Shown one piece after another: positions 17,737 through 28,011 of a DNA stretch of 64,000 nucleotides. This stretch comes from Verrucomicrobiaceae bacterium. GTDB taxonomy: Bacteria; Verrucomicrobiota; Verrucomicrobiia; Verrucomicrobiales; Verrucomicrobiaceae. The notes under the pieces were generated by a model that worked only from the letters and a program-made list of their open reading frames with translations, was not told where the DNA came from and made no database searches. Each line of letters begins with the position of its first letter. The stretch's first letter is position 1. A program made the position numbers and the translations under genes. The stretch is taken from NCBI GenBank assembly GCA_027484445.1, contig JAIXSY010000038.1:3915-67914 (forward strand). Direction: 5' to 3'.

Positions 17737-19607
17737 CCCGTGACAGCGTCGAAGATCTCGTCCTTGGCCATATACTTGATGGCAAGCGCCGGGGGCGCGG
17801 TGGCGGGGGTGGCGCATCTGGTCGGCTGGGTTCCCCGAAGGAACGCCGGACGCGTGGGCTTCTGCGCAATACCTCCACGCCTCGCAGTTGGCAATCGGTC
17901 GTCAAACGCATTGCAGGGGGATCGGCCCGCACGCCTCAGGAGCTGAAGCGGCTCCTCGACTACGTCGCCCGGGAAGAGGGCGTTGAGGCGACGTGGTGCA
18001 ATCTCGCGGGATACGAGCGTGACTTCGATCCCCGCAAGTCTGCGCATGTGGCCGAGACCTGGTCCTCGACCTGGCGCGGCGCGCCCAAGCGCGGGCATAC
18101 CGACCACATCGTCCTGAGCTTCCCGCGCGGGGTCGAGGTTGGTCAGGCTGAGGCCATCGCCCGGGAATGGGGGCAAGAAGTCTTTGGGTCCGGTGACTAC
18201 GGTGACGTCTGGCGCTATGTGGCCTCTGTCCACAAGGACACCGACCACGTTCACGCTCACTTCGTCGTGGACAAGCACGGCATCGACAATGGCCGCTTCC
18301 TCTCGATCTGCCGCTATTCCGAGTTGAACTTCGACGTCATGCGCGAGCTTCATGCCGAGATCGCGCAGGAGCATGGGCTGAACCTGGTCGCCACCTCGCG
18401 CCTGTCGCGGGGGTTGATCGAGCACGCCGTACCGGAACACGCGGTCCGGGCCAGTGCGGCGGGTGGAATCGCGCGCCCTCCCCCGCCGCCGCTGTCCGAT
18501 GCCGAGCAAGCCCGGCGTCTGGACGCCCTGCAGGACTATGCCCGCGACTATGACGAGCTCTCGCGGATCGCCGCCATCGCAGCCGGACCGGAAGAAGGTT
18601 CCGCGGCCGCGTCCAGTTTCCTCTCCCGATTGGCCGGGGCGCTTGGCGCTTCGGCCGCCGCCCTCAGACAAGGATTGCCATTGATGCCCGATGCCACGCT
18701 TCACGAAGAAGGCGATGCCGCCGCCCGGATCGAGGCGGCCCGGGCCGAGATGATCGCCGCTGCCGAGGAAGCCTGGAAGGCGATCCGCGAGATGGAGCCT
18801 TCGGCCGAGCGCGTGGACCTGGAGCGCAGCTTCGCGGAACAGGCACGCGCCTCGCTGCAACTGGCACCGGACAATCTTCTCCTCGCGGAACATGCACGCA
18901 CAGCAAACCATGAAGAGGATCGCTATTTCCACCCGACCCTGGCTTCGCTGGCGCGGCTGGAGCTGGCACCGCCCGAAGGTCTCACCGTCGACGAGGGCCT
19001 GCGCGCCACGCTGTCCCATGTCCGCGACGAGATCGGCGAACGGCTCGCGGCCCTCTTCACCATCCGGGAAGACGAACTCCGCATCGCTGGCACCTCTGTC
19101 GACGAGATGGTAGCCCGCTTCACCTTGGCCGAACGCAGCGAAGCTCAGGTGGCGAGTTGGGTCACGGATCAGCCGAACACGATGCAGAAAGTGTTCTGGA
19201 TGGAGATGGAGCGCGCCCTCGGCCAGGAGGTCCGCGCGGAACTGGCCGAGCTCGAACTCCCGCCGGTTTTGGCCGAGGCAGTGGCCAAGGAGCAGATCAT
19301 ATCTGCCGATCGGCATCTCAGCCTCTCGGCGGTCCCTGCCCTCGAGGCCATCGTCGACCGGATGCACGAGACACTGCCCGGCGAAGATCTGGACCGTGTC
19401 CTGTCCGGTGATCTCGCGCCCTTGGCAGAACGGGTCCGCGACCCGGCGCTGCGTGCCGCCGTCGCACATGAGCTGCGCAACGAAGGCGATCTCTCTGCGG
19501 ATCACTCTGTTGGTCCTTGGGCCGACCTTGCCCGCAGCCATGCCCGCGCCGCCGAGCTGGGACTTCGCGATCGCGAAGCAACCCACGACCACGTCCACGA
19601 ACTCTGA
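17733..19607 (+). CDS. virD2: VirD2-type (MOB_P) relaxase
   Basis: VVKRI...LLDYVAR, HTDHIVLSFP, HKDTDHVHAHFVV (HUH motif III). Confidence 0.9.
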   Translation: MTRDSVEDLVLGHILDGKRRGRGGGGGASGRLGSPKERRTRGLLRNTSTPRSWQSVVKRIAGGSARTPQELKRLLDYVAREEGVEATWCNLAGYERDFDPRKSAHVAETWSSTWRGAPKRGHTDHIVLSFPRGVEVGQAEAIAREWGQEVFGSGDYGDVWRYVASVHKDTDHVHAHFVVDKHGIDNGRFLSICRYSELNFDVMRELHAEIAQEHGLNLVATSRLSRGLIEHAVPEHAVRASAAGGIARPPPPPLSDAEQARRLDALQDYARDYDELSRIAAIAAGPEEGSAAASSFLSRLAGALGASAAALRQGLPLMPDATLHEEGDAAARIEAARAEMIAAAEEAWKAIREMEPSAERVDLERSFAEQARASLQLAPDNLLLAEHARTANHEEDRYFHPTLASLARLELAPPEGLTVDEGLRATLSHVRDEIGERLAALFTIREDELRIAGTSVDEMVARFTLAERSEAQVASWVTDQPNTMQKVFWMEMERALGQEVRAELAELELPPVLAEAVAKEQIISADRHLSLSAVPALEAIVDRMHETLPGEDLDRVLSGDLAPLAERVRDPALRAAVAHELRNEGDLSADHSVGPWADLARSHARAAELGLRDREATHDHVHEL

Positions 19608-19618
19608 AGGCCTTCCCC

Positions 19619-21478
19619 ATGCTCTCGAATTTTGAAACCCGCTGGCGGTATCCGGTGGCGCTTGTCCTGGGCCTGGCTGTCGGCCTCTATATCGGCGGCA
19701 TGCTGGCCACGATCTATGTGATGTTGGCCTTCCGGGAGAACCTCGACACGCTCGATCCGCTGCAGCCCTGGTTCATCCGCTACGACTGGGCCGACATCGC
19801 CGCGCGCCCGGCCCTTCTGCAATCGGCGCTGATCATCACCGGATCGGTGACCCTGGCTCTGGTGCTGGTCGGCCTAGCCGGCGTCCACCGCGGGCGGCTG
19901 AACCAATATGACGACGCACATTTCCAGTCGAAGCGCGAGATGAAGCGCAACAGGATGATCGGTCGGCTCGAGACCAACGGCTTTATCTTCGCCAAGCTCG
20001 GCTCCCCGAAATCCGATGCGCCCTTCGTCATGGCCCCGCCCGACCGCTTCCCCCATGCGATGATGATCGCGCCCACCGGCCGCGGCAAAGGTGTGGGCTT
20101 CGTCATCCCGAATCTTTTGCATTTCAATGGCTCGGCGCTGATCCTCGACGTGAAAGGCGAGAACTTTGCCAAGACCTCCATCCATCGCAAGCACGGGTTG
20201 AAGAACGCGATCTGGTACTTCTCGCCGTTCGATGAGGAAAAGGGCTCGCACCGCTTCAATCCCCTCGCTCGTATCGCTGCCCTCCCCTCGGCCGAAAGCC
20301 AGTTCACCGCCCTGAACACAATGGCCGACCTCTTCCTGATTCCCGAGGGCGAAAGCGCGCAGAGCTTCTTCAACGCCGGCAAGCGGCTCTTTATCGCATC
20401 TTGCCTCTATGCCATCGAGCAGGGCCGCCCGACCCTCGGCTATGCCGCCGAGATCATGGCCGGGGGCGGCAACAAGGTGAGGAGCTTCACCACGATCGCC
20501 GAGACGACCCAGATCCCCATCGTCTCCCGCACCTTCCTCGAAATGTCCGACGTCAACGAAAAGACCCTCGGCTCCTACGTCTCGATCATCCAGGGCTCCG
20601 GCCTTGGTCTCTGGAATGACCCTGCCGTTGACCGTGTGACCTCGGCCAGCGACTTCGATTTTTCGACCTTCCGGCGGGAGGCGCAAAGCCTCTACATCGT
20701 CGTCCAGCCTGAACACCTGAAGACGCTCGCCCCGCTCGTCCGCCTCCTCTTCGCCGATGCCATCGCCTCCCTGCAGCGAAAGGAGCCGGGCCATGACGAG
20801 CCCCATGCCGTCATGTTCCTGATGGACGAGTTCGACCAGCTCGGACGTCAGCCCCTTGTCCTCTCCTCGATCAAGACGATCCGCAGTTTTGGCGGACGGT
20901 TCTTCATCATCTCTCAGACCATCCCGGGGCTGGATGACATCTATGGTGAGACAGGTCGGCGGTCGCTTCAGGGCGGCGCGGGGGCGCAGATCTATATGAC
21001 CCCGCAGGATGACAGGACGGCGGAGGTTCTGTCGAACGCTCTCGGCCGAGTGACGGTCACCGCCATCAGCGAGAGCCAGTCGCGGGTTCAGGGCATGAAG
21101 GACAGTGCCAATGTCAGCCGGAAGTCTGAGGAGCGGCCGTTGATCTCGGCGGGCGAATTGCTGCGGTTCCCACTGGATGAAGTTTTGGTGCTGGCCGAGG
21201 GGCAGTATCCGATCCGGGCCCGGCACGTGCGGTACTATGAGGATCGGTATTTTGGCGCGATCGAAGCAGCGCGCAAAAACAAAGACTTGCCAGTGATCAC
21301 TTCAAGAGAACCGAGTACAGACGTTCACATGAGGGCTTCGTTGGTCCAGTTGACCAAATCAACCTCCAAGGAGGCGATCGCCGAAGCAAAAGACGCGTTC
21401 GCCGGGATTGCCTCCGCCGCCCGTGGAACCGGGCGCAGGTTGCCCAAGAGAGTTCTAGAGGTTGAGTGCCCAGGTTGA
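19619..21478 (+). CDS. virD4: Type IV coupling protein
   Basis: Two N-terminal TM segments, Walker A APTGRGKG, LDVKGE, Walker B LMDEF, SQT. Confidence 0.93.
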   Translation: MLSNFETRWRYPVALVLGLAVGLYIGGMLATIYVMLAFRENLDTLDPLQPWFIRYDWADIAARPALLQSALIITGSVTLALVLVGLAGVHRGRLNQYDDAHFQSKREMKRNRMIGRLETNGFIFAKLGSPKSDAPFVMAPPDRFPHAMMIAPTGRGKGVGFVIPNLLHFNGSALILDVKGENFAKTSIHRKHGLKNAIWYFSPFDEEKGSHRFNPLARIAALPSAESQFTALNTMADLFLIPEGESAQSFFNAGKRLFIASCLYAIEQGRPTLGYAAEIMAGGGNKVRSFTTIAETTQIPIVSRTFLEMSDVNEKTLGSYVSIIQGSGLGLWNDPAVDRVTSASDFDFSTFRREAQSLYIVVQPEHLKTLAPLVRLLFADAIASLQRKEPGHDEPHAVMFLMDEFDQLGRQPLVLSSIKTIRSFGGRFFIISQTIPGLDDIYGETGRRSLQGGAGAQIYMTPQDDRTAEVLSNALGRVTVTAISESQSRVQGMKDSANVSRKSEERPLISAGELLRFPLDEVLVLAEGQYPIRARHVRYYEDRYFGAIEAARKNKDLPVITSREPSTDVHMRASLVQLTKSTSKEAIAEAKDAFAGIASAARGTGRRLPKRVLEVECPG

Positions 21479-21505
21479 TCGCGGCCCGAAACTGCGGACC
21501 GCGAT
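21478..21505. terminator. Hairpin after virD4
   Basis: ATCGCGGCCCG-AAACTG-CGGACCGCGAT, one mismatch. Confidence 0.4.
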
Positions 21506-21683
21506 AGTCACTGCCGATTGCGGCTTGTGAAACATCATCGAAGGAGAATGTTGGCAAACCCGGGGCCTGGAGGGAAAGGGGCTGTCGGCATCCGCCTTGG
21601 AGGCGGCCGGACAACAGCCTTCTTTCAGTCAAGCATGTACCGCTGGCTGTCGCGCGGGGAATGGCCAGCGGCAGACCACTTGA

Positions 21684-22490
21684 TCAGTTCACGGCAAGCC
21701 GGTCTTCGCCGCGCCGGGTGACGCTGATCCAGACAACGATGAGAATGATCGTGCCCAGGAACAGAGCGCTGGTGACGATGGTGCCAAGGCCGAGTCCGCC
21801 ATATTGGGTGGGCTGGGACAGGAAGTCACCAAACGATGCGCCCAGCGGGCGGGTGAAGATATAGGCCAGCCAGAACCCCAGGATCGCATCAAGGCCAAGG
21901 AAGAAGTAGCCGAATGTCAGCGAGGCGATGATCATTCCGAACAGGACGCCGCTGGCAAGGTATCCCAGACCGAAGGCTTCGGCGACCAGATCGCCTGACG
22001 CCGTGCCCAGGGCGAAGGTGAAGAGGATCGCCAGCCAGTAGTAGGCCTCACGCTTGGTGGTGAAGATCTCGTGGATCGACAGGGTCTTCTCGGATGCGAA
22101 CCAGACCGCGAAGGTGACTGCAAGCGCAACGGTGAATACGATTGTCGTTGAGATCAGCGACACGCCGAAGTTGTCGACCAGGTTGTCGGTCACCAGCGTG
22201 CCGACGATACTGATCAGTACGACCGAAAGCCAGTATGACCATGGCACATAGCGCTTCTGGGCGAATTGCACCACAAGCGCGCCGATCAGCACGGCCGTCA
22301 TCAGCAAGGATGTTGCCGTCAGGCCCAGCCCGAGATTGACGGCCAGATAATCGGCCGCCGTCTCGCCCATGGTGACAGCCATCAGTTTGATCAGCCAGAA
22401 TTCGGTGGTCACCGCAGGCACGCGGTTGACGGTGAGGGCCGAGGTTTGCATCGGAGCGGTTCCTTGAAGTGAGGAGGAAATGTTGGTCAT
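21684..22490 (-). CDS. DUF347-repeat (COG4705) membrane protein
   Basis: NRVPAVT.EFWLIK...TMGETAAD, YWLAILFTFALGTASGD, FW.AYIFTRPLGASFGD. Confidence 0.82.
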   Translation of the reverse strand: MTNISSSLQGTAPMQTSALTVNRVPAVTTEFWLIKLMAVTMGETAADYLAVNLGLGLTATSLLMTAVLIGALVVQFAQKRYVPWSYWLSVVLISIVGTLVTDNLVDNFGVSLISTTIVFTVALAVTFAVWFASEKTLSIHEIFTTKREAYYWLAILFTFALGTASGDLVAEAFGLGYLASGVLFGMIIASLTFGYFFLGLDAILGFWLAYIFTRPLGASFGDFLSQPTQYGGLGLGTIVTSALFLGTIILIVVWISVTRRGEDRLAVN

Positions 22491-23191
22491 GGCGTCACCG
22501 ATTTTGCGGCTTGCAGGGCTGCCTGAAGGGCGGCGAGCGTGTCGGTCACGCCTTTCGCGTCCGGTGTCGTCGCACGAACCGCTTCGAGTGCGGCATCGGC
22601 AGCTTCGTCGACGCTTCCCCAGGCCGCCCCGTCCAAGGCGCGAAGCGCGCTGGCCTTTTCGTCCCAGGCTGTTTCAAAATCTGTGATGCGCGTCTTGGCC
22701 GCCGCGAAGTCGGCCTTGTCTGCATCTGCCTGAACATCGCTGATGATTGAGGTAAAGGCCGATGTATCGCCAAGACCTGCGGCAACGGCTATGGGCGCGG
22801 CCGCTTTTGCTTGAACGGGTGCGCCAAGGCTTGTCTGTAAGGAGCCGAGCGCTGTCTGGATCGTTGCTGCATCCGGTGCTGATGCGCGAACCGCCTTCAA
22901 CGCCGTGTCGGCGGCGCCGTCGATGTTGTCCCAAGTTGCCGGGTCGAGCGACCGCAGACCTTTTGCATTTTCATCCCAAGCGATTTCAAAGTCCCTGATG
23001 CGGGTTTTTGCGCCTTCGAAATCACCTTTGGCAGCAAAGGCTTGCACATCGGTAATGATGCCGGTGAATGCAGACGTGTCGCCGATGCCGGCGCTGACTT
23101 GGGCCGCTGCCGGGGCCAAGAAAATCTGATAGCCTGAGAATGCGGCAACAGGCAGCGCGATCAGCGCCGTGGCGAGCAGGAGTTGTTTCAT
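22487..23191 (-). CDS. Secreted/anchored protein with two tandem ~100-aa helical repeats
   Basis: Signal-like N-terminus; G(I/L)GDTSAFT.II.DVQA...AKTRI.DFE.AWDE occurs twice. Confidence 0.8.
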   Translation of the reverse strand: MKQLLLATALIALPVAAFSGYQIFLAPAAAQVSAGIGDTSAFTGIITDVQAFAAKGDFEGAKTRIRDFEIAWDENAKGLRSLDPATWDNIDGAADTALKAVRASAPDAATIQTALGSLQTSLGAPVQAKAAAPIAVAAGLGDTSAFTSIISDVQADADKADFAAAKTRITDFETAWDEKASALRALDGAAWGSVDEAADAALEAVRATTPDAKGVTDTLAALQAALQAAKSVTP

Positions 23192-23270
23192 GGTGCGCTC
23201 CGTTTGGGGCCGGCGTTTGCCCGGCTCGCGGCGTTCTGAGCGCCCAATCCTGCAGCCAGCTTTCGCCCGG

Positions 23271-23286
23271 CTTACAGATTTGTATG
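23271..23286. promoter_or_regulatory. Response-regulator box 1 (TTACA-N4-TGTA)
   Basis: CTTACAGATTTGTATG between divergent genes, upstream of the response regulator. Confidence 0.5.
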
Positions 23287-23362
23287 GTGGCCGCGACCTT
23301 TGTGTTAAGCCGCCGGCTTAGTCCATCAGGCATCAGACCTGTTCCGAACGTGAAAGACCCCG

Positions 23363-24040
23363 ATGCGTATTCTCCTGATCGAAGATGACCCTTCTGCCGC
23401 CGACTATGTCTCACGCGGGCTGATCGAGAATGGGCATGTCTGCGATGTGATGACGGACGGCACCGATGGGCTCTTCTCGGCAACGCGTGAGGCCTATGAC
23501 GTTTTGGTGGTGGACCGTATGATCCCCGGTCTGGACGGCCTTTCGCTGGTGCGAGCATTGCGGGCGGCCGGGCGCAAGACGCCGGTACTATTTCTAACCG
23601 CACTTGGCGGCATTGATGACCGGGTCGAGGGGCTGGAGGCCGGGGGCGACGATTACCTGACCAAGCCTTTTGCCTTTGCCGAGTTGCTTGCACGGGTCAA
23701 CGCTCTGGCCCGCCGCCCACCGGTGCAAGAGGTGAAAACGGTGCTGCGCGTCGCGGATCTCGAACTGGATCTGATGCGCAGGCAGGCGTCACGCGCAGGT
23801 CAGCCGATAGACCTGTTGCCCAAGGAGTTCACGCTCTTGGAGGTGCTGATGCGCAACGAAGGTCGCGTCGTCACCCGCACCATGCTGCTCGAGCGTGTCT
23901 GGGATTTCCACTTCGATCCGAAAACCTCAGTGGTGGAAACCCATATCAGCCGCCTGCGGGCCAAGATCGACAAGCCCTATGACGTGGCCCTGCTGCACAC
24001 CTTGAAAAACATGGGCTATTCGCTTCATGCGCCCCGCTGA
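23363..24040 (+). CDS. OmpR/CusR-family response regulator
   Basis: LIEDD, VVDRMIPGLDG, GGDDYLTKPF and a wHTH C-terminus. Confidence 0.95.
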   Translation: MRILLIEDDPSAADYVSRGLIENGHVCDVMTDGTDGLFSATREAYDVLVVDRMIPGLDGLSLVRALRAAGRKTPVLFLTALGGIDDRVEGLEAGGDDYLTKPFAFAELLARVNALARRPPVQEVKTVLRVADLELDLMRRQASRAGQPIDLLPKEFTLLEVLMRNEGRVVTRTMLLERVWDFHFDPKTSVVETHISRLRAKIDKPYDVALLHTLKNMGYSLHAPR

Positions 24041-25388
24041 TCTCTGGCGGCACAGCTCGTTCCGGCTGGCACTTGGCGTCACCCTGGCTGTGCTGGGAGC
24101 GCTGATCCTGGCGGGCGCTGTCGGCTATACCATGCTGCATCGGCAATTGGCCGACCGGCAGGACGCCCGCCTGCGAGAAATATTCACGACATTCCAACAA
24201 TCGGATGCGGCGGACCAACAAGACCTGATCGAGGCCATTGCTGCGCGCATAAAGGCCAGCCCCGATAGGTCTTCGGTCTATCTGTTGCGGGATGCCGACG
24301 GCAATGTCCTGATCTCGAACATCAACGACATCGCAATACCCGCGGGCTGGTCTACCGTGGAAGCGGCCACATTGGATGTTCCGACCGATTATCCCTACCG
24401 CATGTTCGCGGGCAATCTGCACGGCGACTATTTAGTCGTCGGCTTGAGCAACGCGGATCTTGATGATCTTGCCGAGATCATTCTGACCGGCTTTGGCTGG
24501 GCCGCCGCGGCCGTCCTTGTTGCGGCGATTGCTGCCGGGTCCTGGATCGCCTACCGTCTGCAACATCGCCTGAATGACGTGACCGAAACGCTGGCCCGTG
24601 TCGCAAGCGGGGATCTGTCCACCCGCCTTCACGTCTCAAAACGCGGTGACGATCTGGACGTGATTTCGGGCGAGATCAACCAGACCCTTGCCCGCCTTGG
24701 CGCCTTGGTCGAGGCGATGCGCCAGGTCAGCGCCGATATTGCGCATGAGTTGCGTACGCCGCTGAACCGCCTGCGCATCCATATAGAGGGGGCCGCACGC
24801 AATGCCGAACGCGGTGTGCCCGTGGGTGACGACCTTGCTGCCGCCATTGAGCAAAGCGCGGCCATCGACCAGACATTTTCGGCCCTTCTGCGCATCGCCC
24901 AGATCGAGGCCGGAGCCCGGCGCGAGAAGTTTGCGCCCGTCGATCTGGCAGCTCTCCTGGCCAGCGTCGCAGAGGTCTATGCCGACGTGGCCGAAGATGC
25001 CGGTCACAGCCTGCGCAGCTATATCACCGAAGCGGCGTGGGTCATGGGCGACCGGGAGTTGTTGACCCAGGCCTTCGCCAACTTGATTGAAAACGCCATC
25101 CGCCATTGCCCGTCTGGTACTCAGATCTCCTGCGCAGTACATGCCAGCGGCACCGCAGTGACTGCTTCGGTTATAGACACGGGTCCGGGTATCCCGGCGG
25201 CTGAGCACGACCTTGTCCTGCGCCGCCTTTATCGCCTTGAAAAAAGCCGCACCACCACGGGCACCGGGCTTGGCTTGTCGCTGGTCAAGGCGGTGGCAGA
25301 CCTGCACGGCGCTGAAATCGCCATGAGCGCTGCGAATCCGGGGTTACGGGTGGAGTTGACGTTTCCGCGCATTCACGGTGCCTCGTGA
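24027..25388 (+). CDS. Sensor histidine kinase
   Basis: Two TM segments, HAMP, H-box AHELRTPL, NLIENAIRH, DTGPGI, GTGLGL. Confidence 0.95.
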   Translation: MRPADLWRHSSFRLALGVTLAVLGALILAGAVGYTMLHRQLADRQDARLREIFTTFQQSDAADQQDLIEAIAARIKASPDRSSVYLLRDADGNVLISNINDIAIPAGWSTVEAATLDVPTDYPYRMFAGNLHGDYLVVGLSNADLDDLAEIILTGFGWAAAAVLVAAIAAGSWIAYRLQHRLNDVTETLARVASGDLSTRLHVSKRGDDLDVISGEINQTLARLGALVEAMRQVSADIAHELRTPLNRLRIHIEGAARNAERGVPVGDDLAAAIEQSAAIDQTFSALLRIAQIEAGARREKFAPVDLAALLASVAEVYADVAEDAGHSLRSYITEAAWVMGDRELLTQAFANLIENAIRHCPSGTQISCAVHASGTAVTASVIDTGPGIPAAEHDLVLRRLYRLEKSRTTTGTGLGLSLVKAVADLHGAEIAMSAANPGLRVELTFPRIHGAS

Positions 25389-27373
25389 CCCAATTACTCT
25401 CTCAATTTGTCGATTTCCTCGGCCAGCATCAGTATCTTGCGATCCTGTTCGCCTTCCTCGTGGCCTTTGGCGAGGCTTTGCTGATCCTTGGTCTGTTCGT
25501 GCCCTCGACGGTGGTCTTGGTGGGCCTTGGCACGTTGATCGGCTTGGGAAAGATGGCGTTCTTGCCGGTATTTGCTGCGACAGTTGCCGGTGCGATTGCC
25601 GGGGACGCCCTGTCGTTCTGGGCTGGGGTCCACTGGAAACAGCAGATCCGCACGTTTTGGCCATTCTCGCGCTACGGCAGTCTGATGGACAAGGGCGAGG
25701 CGTTCATCGCCCGCCACGGTGGCAAGAGCATCTTCATTGTCCGCTTCATCCCCGGCGTGAAGGCCGTGGTGCCGACGATTGCGGGGATGATGGGCATGAC
25801 CACGACCCGCTTTGCACTGGTCAATGTCGGGTCAGCGATTGTGTGGGCCGCAGCGCATCTGCTGCCTGCGGTTGCCCTTGGTCGCGGCCTTCAGGTCGCC
25901 CATGCAGCCAATCCGCGCATTGCCATCCTGATCGGGCTGGCAGGTGTTGCTGCGGTCCTGTCATGGGGTCTGCTGCGCATTTTGCGTGGCTTTGTCATTC
26001 CTGTGGCTGACCGAGGTCGGCTGGCGCTCGCGCTGTGGCTGGAACGCCGGGAAGGCGGCAGCAGATCGCTGGCCGGGGTGTTGCGCAACGACGACCGCAA
26101 GCTGGAGGCAGCGGCGCTGATTGGGCTGGCCGGTGTTGCACTGGCCGGATTTGGGCTGGTGCTGGCGGCTGTTGTCTTTGATCCCGAAGTTGTGTTCGCA
26201 GATGCCGCCATCTCGCAATTCGTGCAGGGCCTGCGGACGGATTGGGCAACATCGGCCATGGTCGGCATCACCATGCTGGGCGACACGGCCGTTCTGCTGC
26301 CGGTCGCGGTTCTGCTGATTGCCGCCCTTCTGCTGGCCCGGCAATGGGTCATGGCGGGCACCGTAACGGCGGCCAGTCTTGCTGGGGTGATCTTTGTCCC
26401 CGTGTTCAAGACGCTGCTGCATCGTGCGCGTCCGATCCCGATGTATCAGGGTGCTGATGGTTTTAGTTTTCCAAGCGGTCACTCCACGCTCGCCACGATC
26501 ATCTTCGGGATGCTGGCACTTATGGTCGCACGGACCATACCCTCGCGGTTTCGGGGCTTGGTCTACGGCGGCTCTGCCACTTTGATTGCGCTAATCGGCG
26601 TGTCGCGGGTTTATCTTCAGGCACACTGGCCGAGCGATGTGCTCGCAGGCATGCTCTTTGGCAGCGCCTTGATCTGCGTCGCGGCACTTATGATGCATGC
26701 GCGGGTCGTCACGGTGTCGCGTCAGCTGCTGGCTACGGTCCTCACCATCACGGTGATTGCCATCATGCCGCTGCACATCTGGACCGGTTGGGCTGCCGCT
26801 TCGGCTCGCTATGATGCCGCCCCGCCGGTGGCAACGCTTGCATCGGCCGACTGGTTGGCGGGCGGCTGGCAAAAGGAGCCGACCCACCGCATTTTGCTGG
26901 ACGGCGACGCCGGCGAAGCGATGCTGCTGCAAACGTCGATGCCGCTGGCGGACCTGGTCACTGCCCTGCAAACCGCCGGATGGCAACCATCCGATGTCAC
27001 CTTGTCCGGGGAGATCATCTCGGCGGTTCTGCCGTCACGCCAGCCGCTCGACTTGCGCGCGCCTTGGCCGATGACGCATCTTGGCCGCTCGGCATTGGCA
27101 ACCCTCACCAAGGCTGGTGCGTCAGATCAGAGGTTGGTTTTGCGGATCTGGGCTACGCAGACGGCCATTCAGGACGGGTCGTCCAAGGCGCCGTTGCTCA
27201 TGGTGTCGCTGACGGCTGACCGGTTGGACCCCGTGGCATTCGACTATGCGCAACTGGAAGAAGCCGCATTGACGGCTGAACAGATCGCCACCGAAAAGGC
27301 GGCCATCGTTGCGGCACTGCACCAGACCAAGGCGGGCGGCGTTGTCGACCTTCCAGCGGCACTTGCTCCCTGA
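25385..27373 (+). CDS. DedA - PAP2 phosphatase fusion with LssY-like C-terminal region
   Basis: DedA motifs AFGEA...GLFVP and RFIPG; PAP2 motifs K...RARP, SFPSGHS, SRVYLQAHWPSDV. Confidence 0.9.
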   Translation: MTQLLSQFVDFLGQHQYLAILFAFLVAFGEALLILGLFVPSTVVLVGLGTLIGLGKMAFLPVFAATVAGAIAGDALSFWAGVHWKQQIRTFWPFSRYGSLMDKGEAFIARHGGKSIFIVRFIPGVKAVVPTIAGMMGMTTTRFALVNVGSAIVWAAAHLLPAVALGRGLQVAHAANPRIAILIGLAGVAAVLSWGLLRILRGFVIPVADRGRLALALWLERREGGSRSLAGVLRNDDRKLEAAALIGLAGVALAGFGLVLAAVVFDPEVVFADAAISQFVQGLRTDWATSAMVGITMLGDTAVLLPVAVLLIAALLLARQWVMAGTVTAASLAGVIFVPVFKTLLHRARPIPMYQGADGFSFPSGHSTLATIIFGMLALMVARTIPSRFRGLVYGGSATLIALIGVSRVYLQAHWPSDVLAGMLFGSALICVAALMMHARVVTVSRQLLATVLTITVIAIMPLHIWTGWAAASARYDAAPPVATLASADWLAGGWQKEPTHRILLDGDAGEAMLLQTSMPLADLVTALQTAGWQPSDVTLSGEIISAVLPSRQPLDLRAPWPMTHLGRSALATLTKAGASDQRLVLRIWATQTAIQDGSSKAPLLMVSLTADRLDPVAFDYAQLEEAALTAEQIATEKAAIVAALHQTKAGGVVDLPAALAP

Positions 27374-27381
27374 CAGCGGCC

Positions 27382-28002
27382 CTATCGGTTGCGGGGAAAG
27401 GCAGTCTGCGGCAGCGCAAGACGGCGAAGCAGGGTTTCATAGACCGAAATCAGCAAGGGATAAACGCCGCGCCGCAGGAAAGGGCCTGCCAGCCGCACTA
27501 CCAGAGACGCTAGACCGGCAACGCCAAAAGCTCCGATCATGTCCAGGGGGAAATGCACACCGAGATAGATCCGCGACCAGGCCACGCCAAAGCCCAAGGC
27601 CAGAACGACAGCGCCCCAGCGACGAGTCTGGGTAGCCAACAGAAGCGGGATCGCAAGGCCGAACATCAGTGTGGCGTGATCGCTGGGAAAAGACGCCTCG
27701 GCTGCATGGTCAAGCAGTTGGCGACCCAGTCCGATCTCGAAGGGCCTTGGGTGATACCAGATGGCGGTGATGACTTGCGCAAGCCCCAAGCCGATCAGCG
27801 CCGTGAGCGTCGCGTCAAGCAGCACGAACCGCACGGCTCTGCCACGGCGCACCCATGCGACAACAAACAGGGCTGGCGCGAGATAGATCGACCAGGCGGC
27901 CAATAGTCTGGCAAGCGCAATGACAAGTGCCGGGGCTTGGGCCCCGGCATTGACGGCAAGGAACGCAGATTGGTTCCAATGCTCGATGACAGATGGAGAC
28001 AA
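27382..28002 (-). CDS. PAP2 undecaprenyl-diphosphatase (BcrC/YbjG-like)
   Basis: HPRPF, SFPSDHA, SRIYLGVHFPLD. Confidence 0.88.
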   Translation of the reverse strand: MSPSVIEHWNQSAFLAVNAGAQAPALVIALARLLAAWSIYLAPALFVVAWVRRGRAVRFVLLDATLTALIGLGLAQVITAIWYHPRPFEIGLGRQLLDHAAEASFPSDHATLMFGLAIPLLLATQTRRWGAVVLALGFGVAWSRIYLGVHFPLDMIGAFGVAGLASLVVRLAGPFLRRGVYPLLISVYETLLRRLALPQTAFPRNR

Positions 28003-28011
28003 GGTTATGGC

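Noticed and set aside
17127-19598. 823-aa minus-strand ORF
   Set aside because: Antisense shadow of mobC and the relaxase in GC-rich DNA; no motifs.
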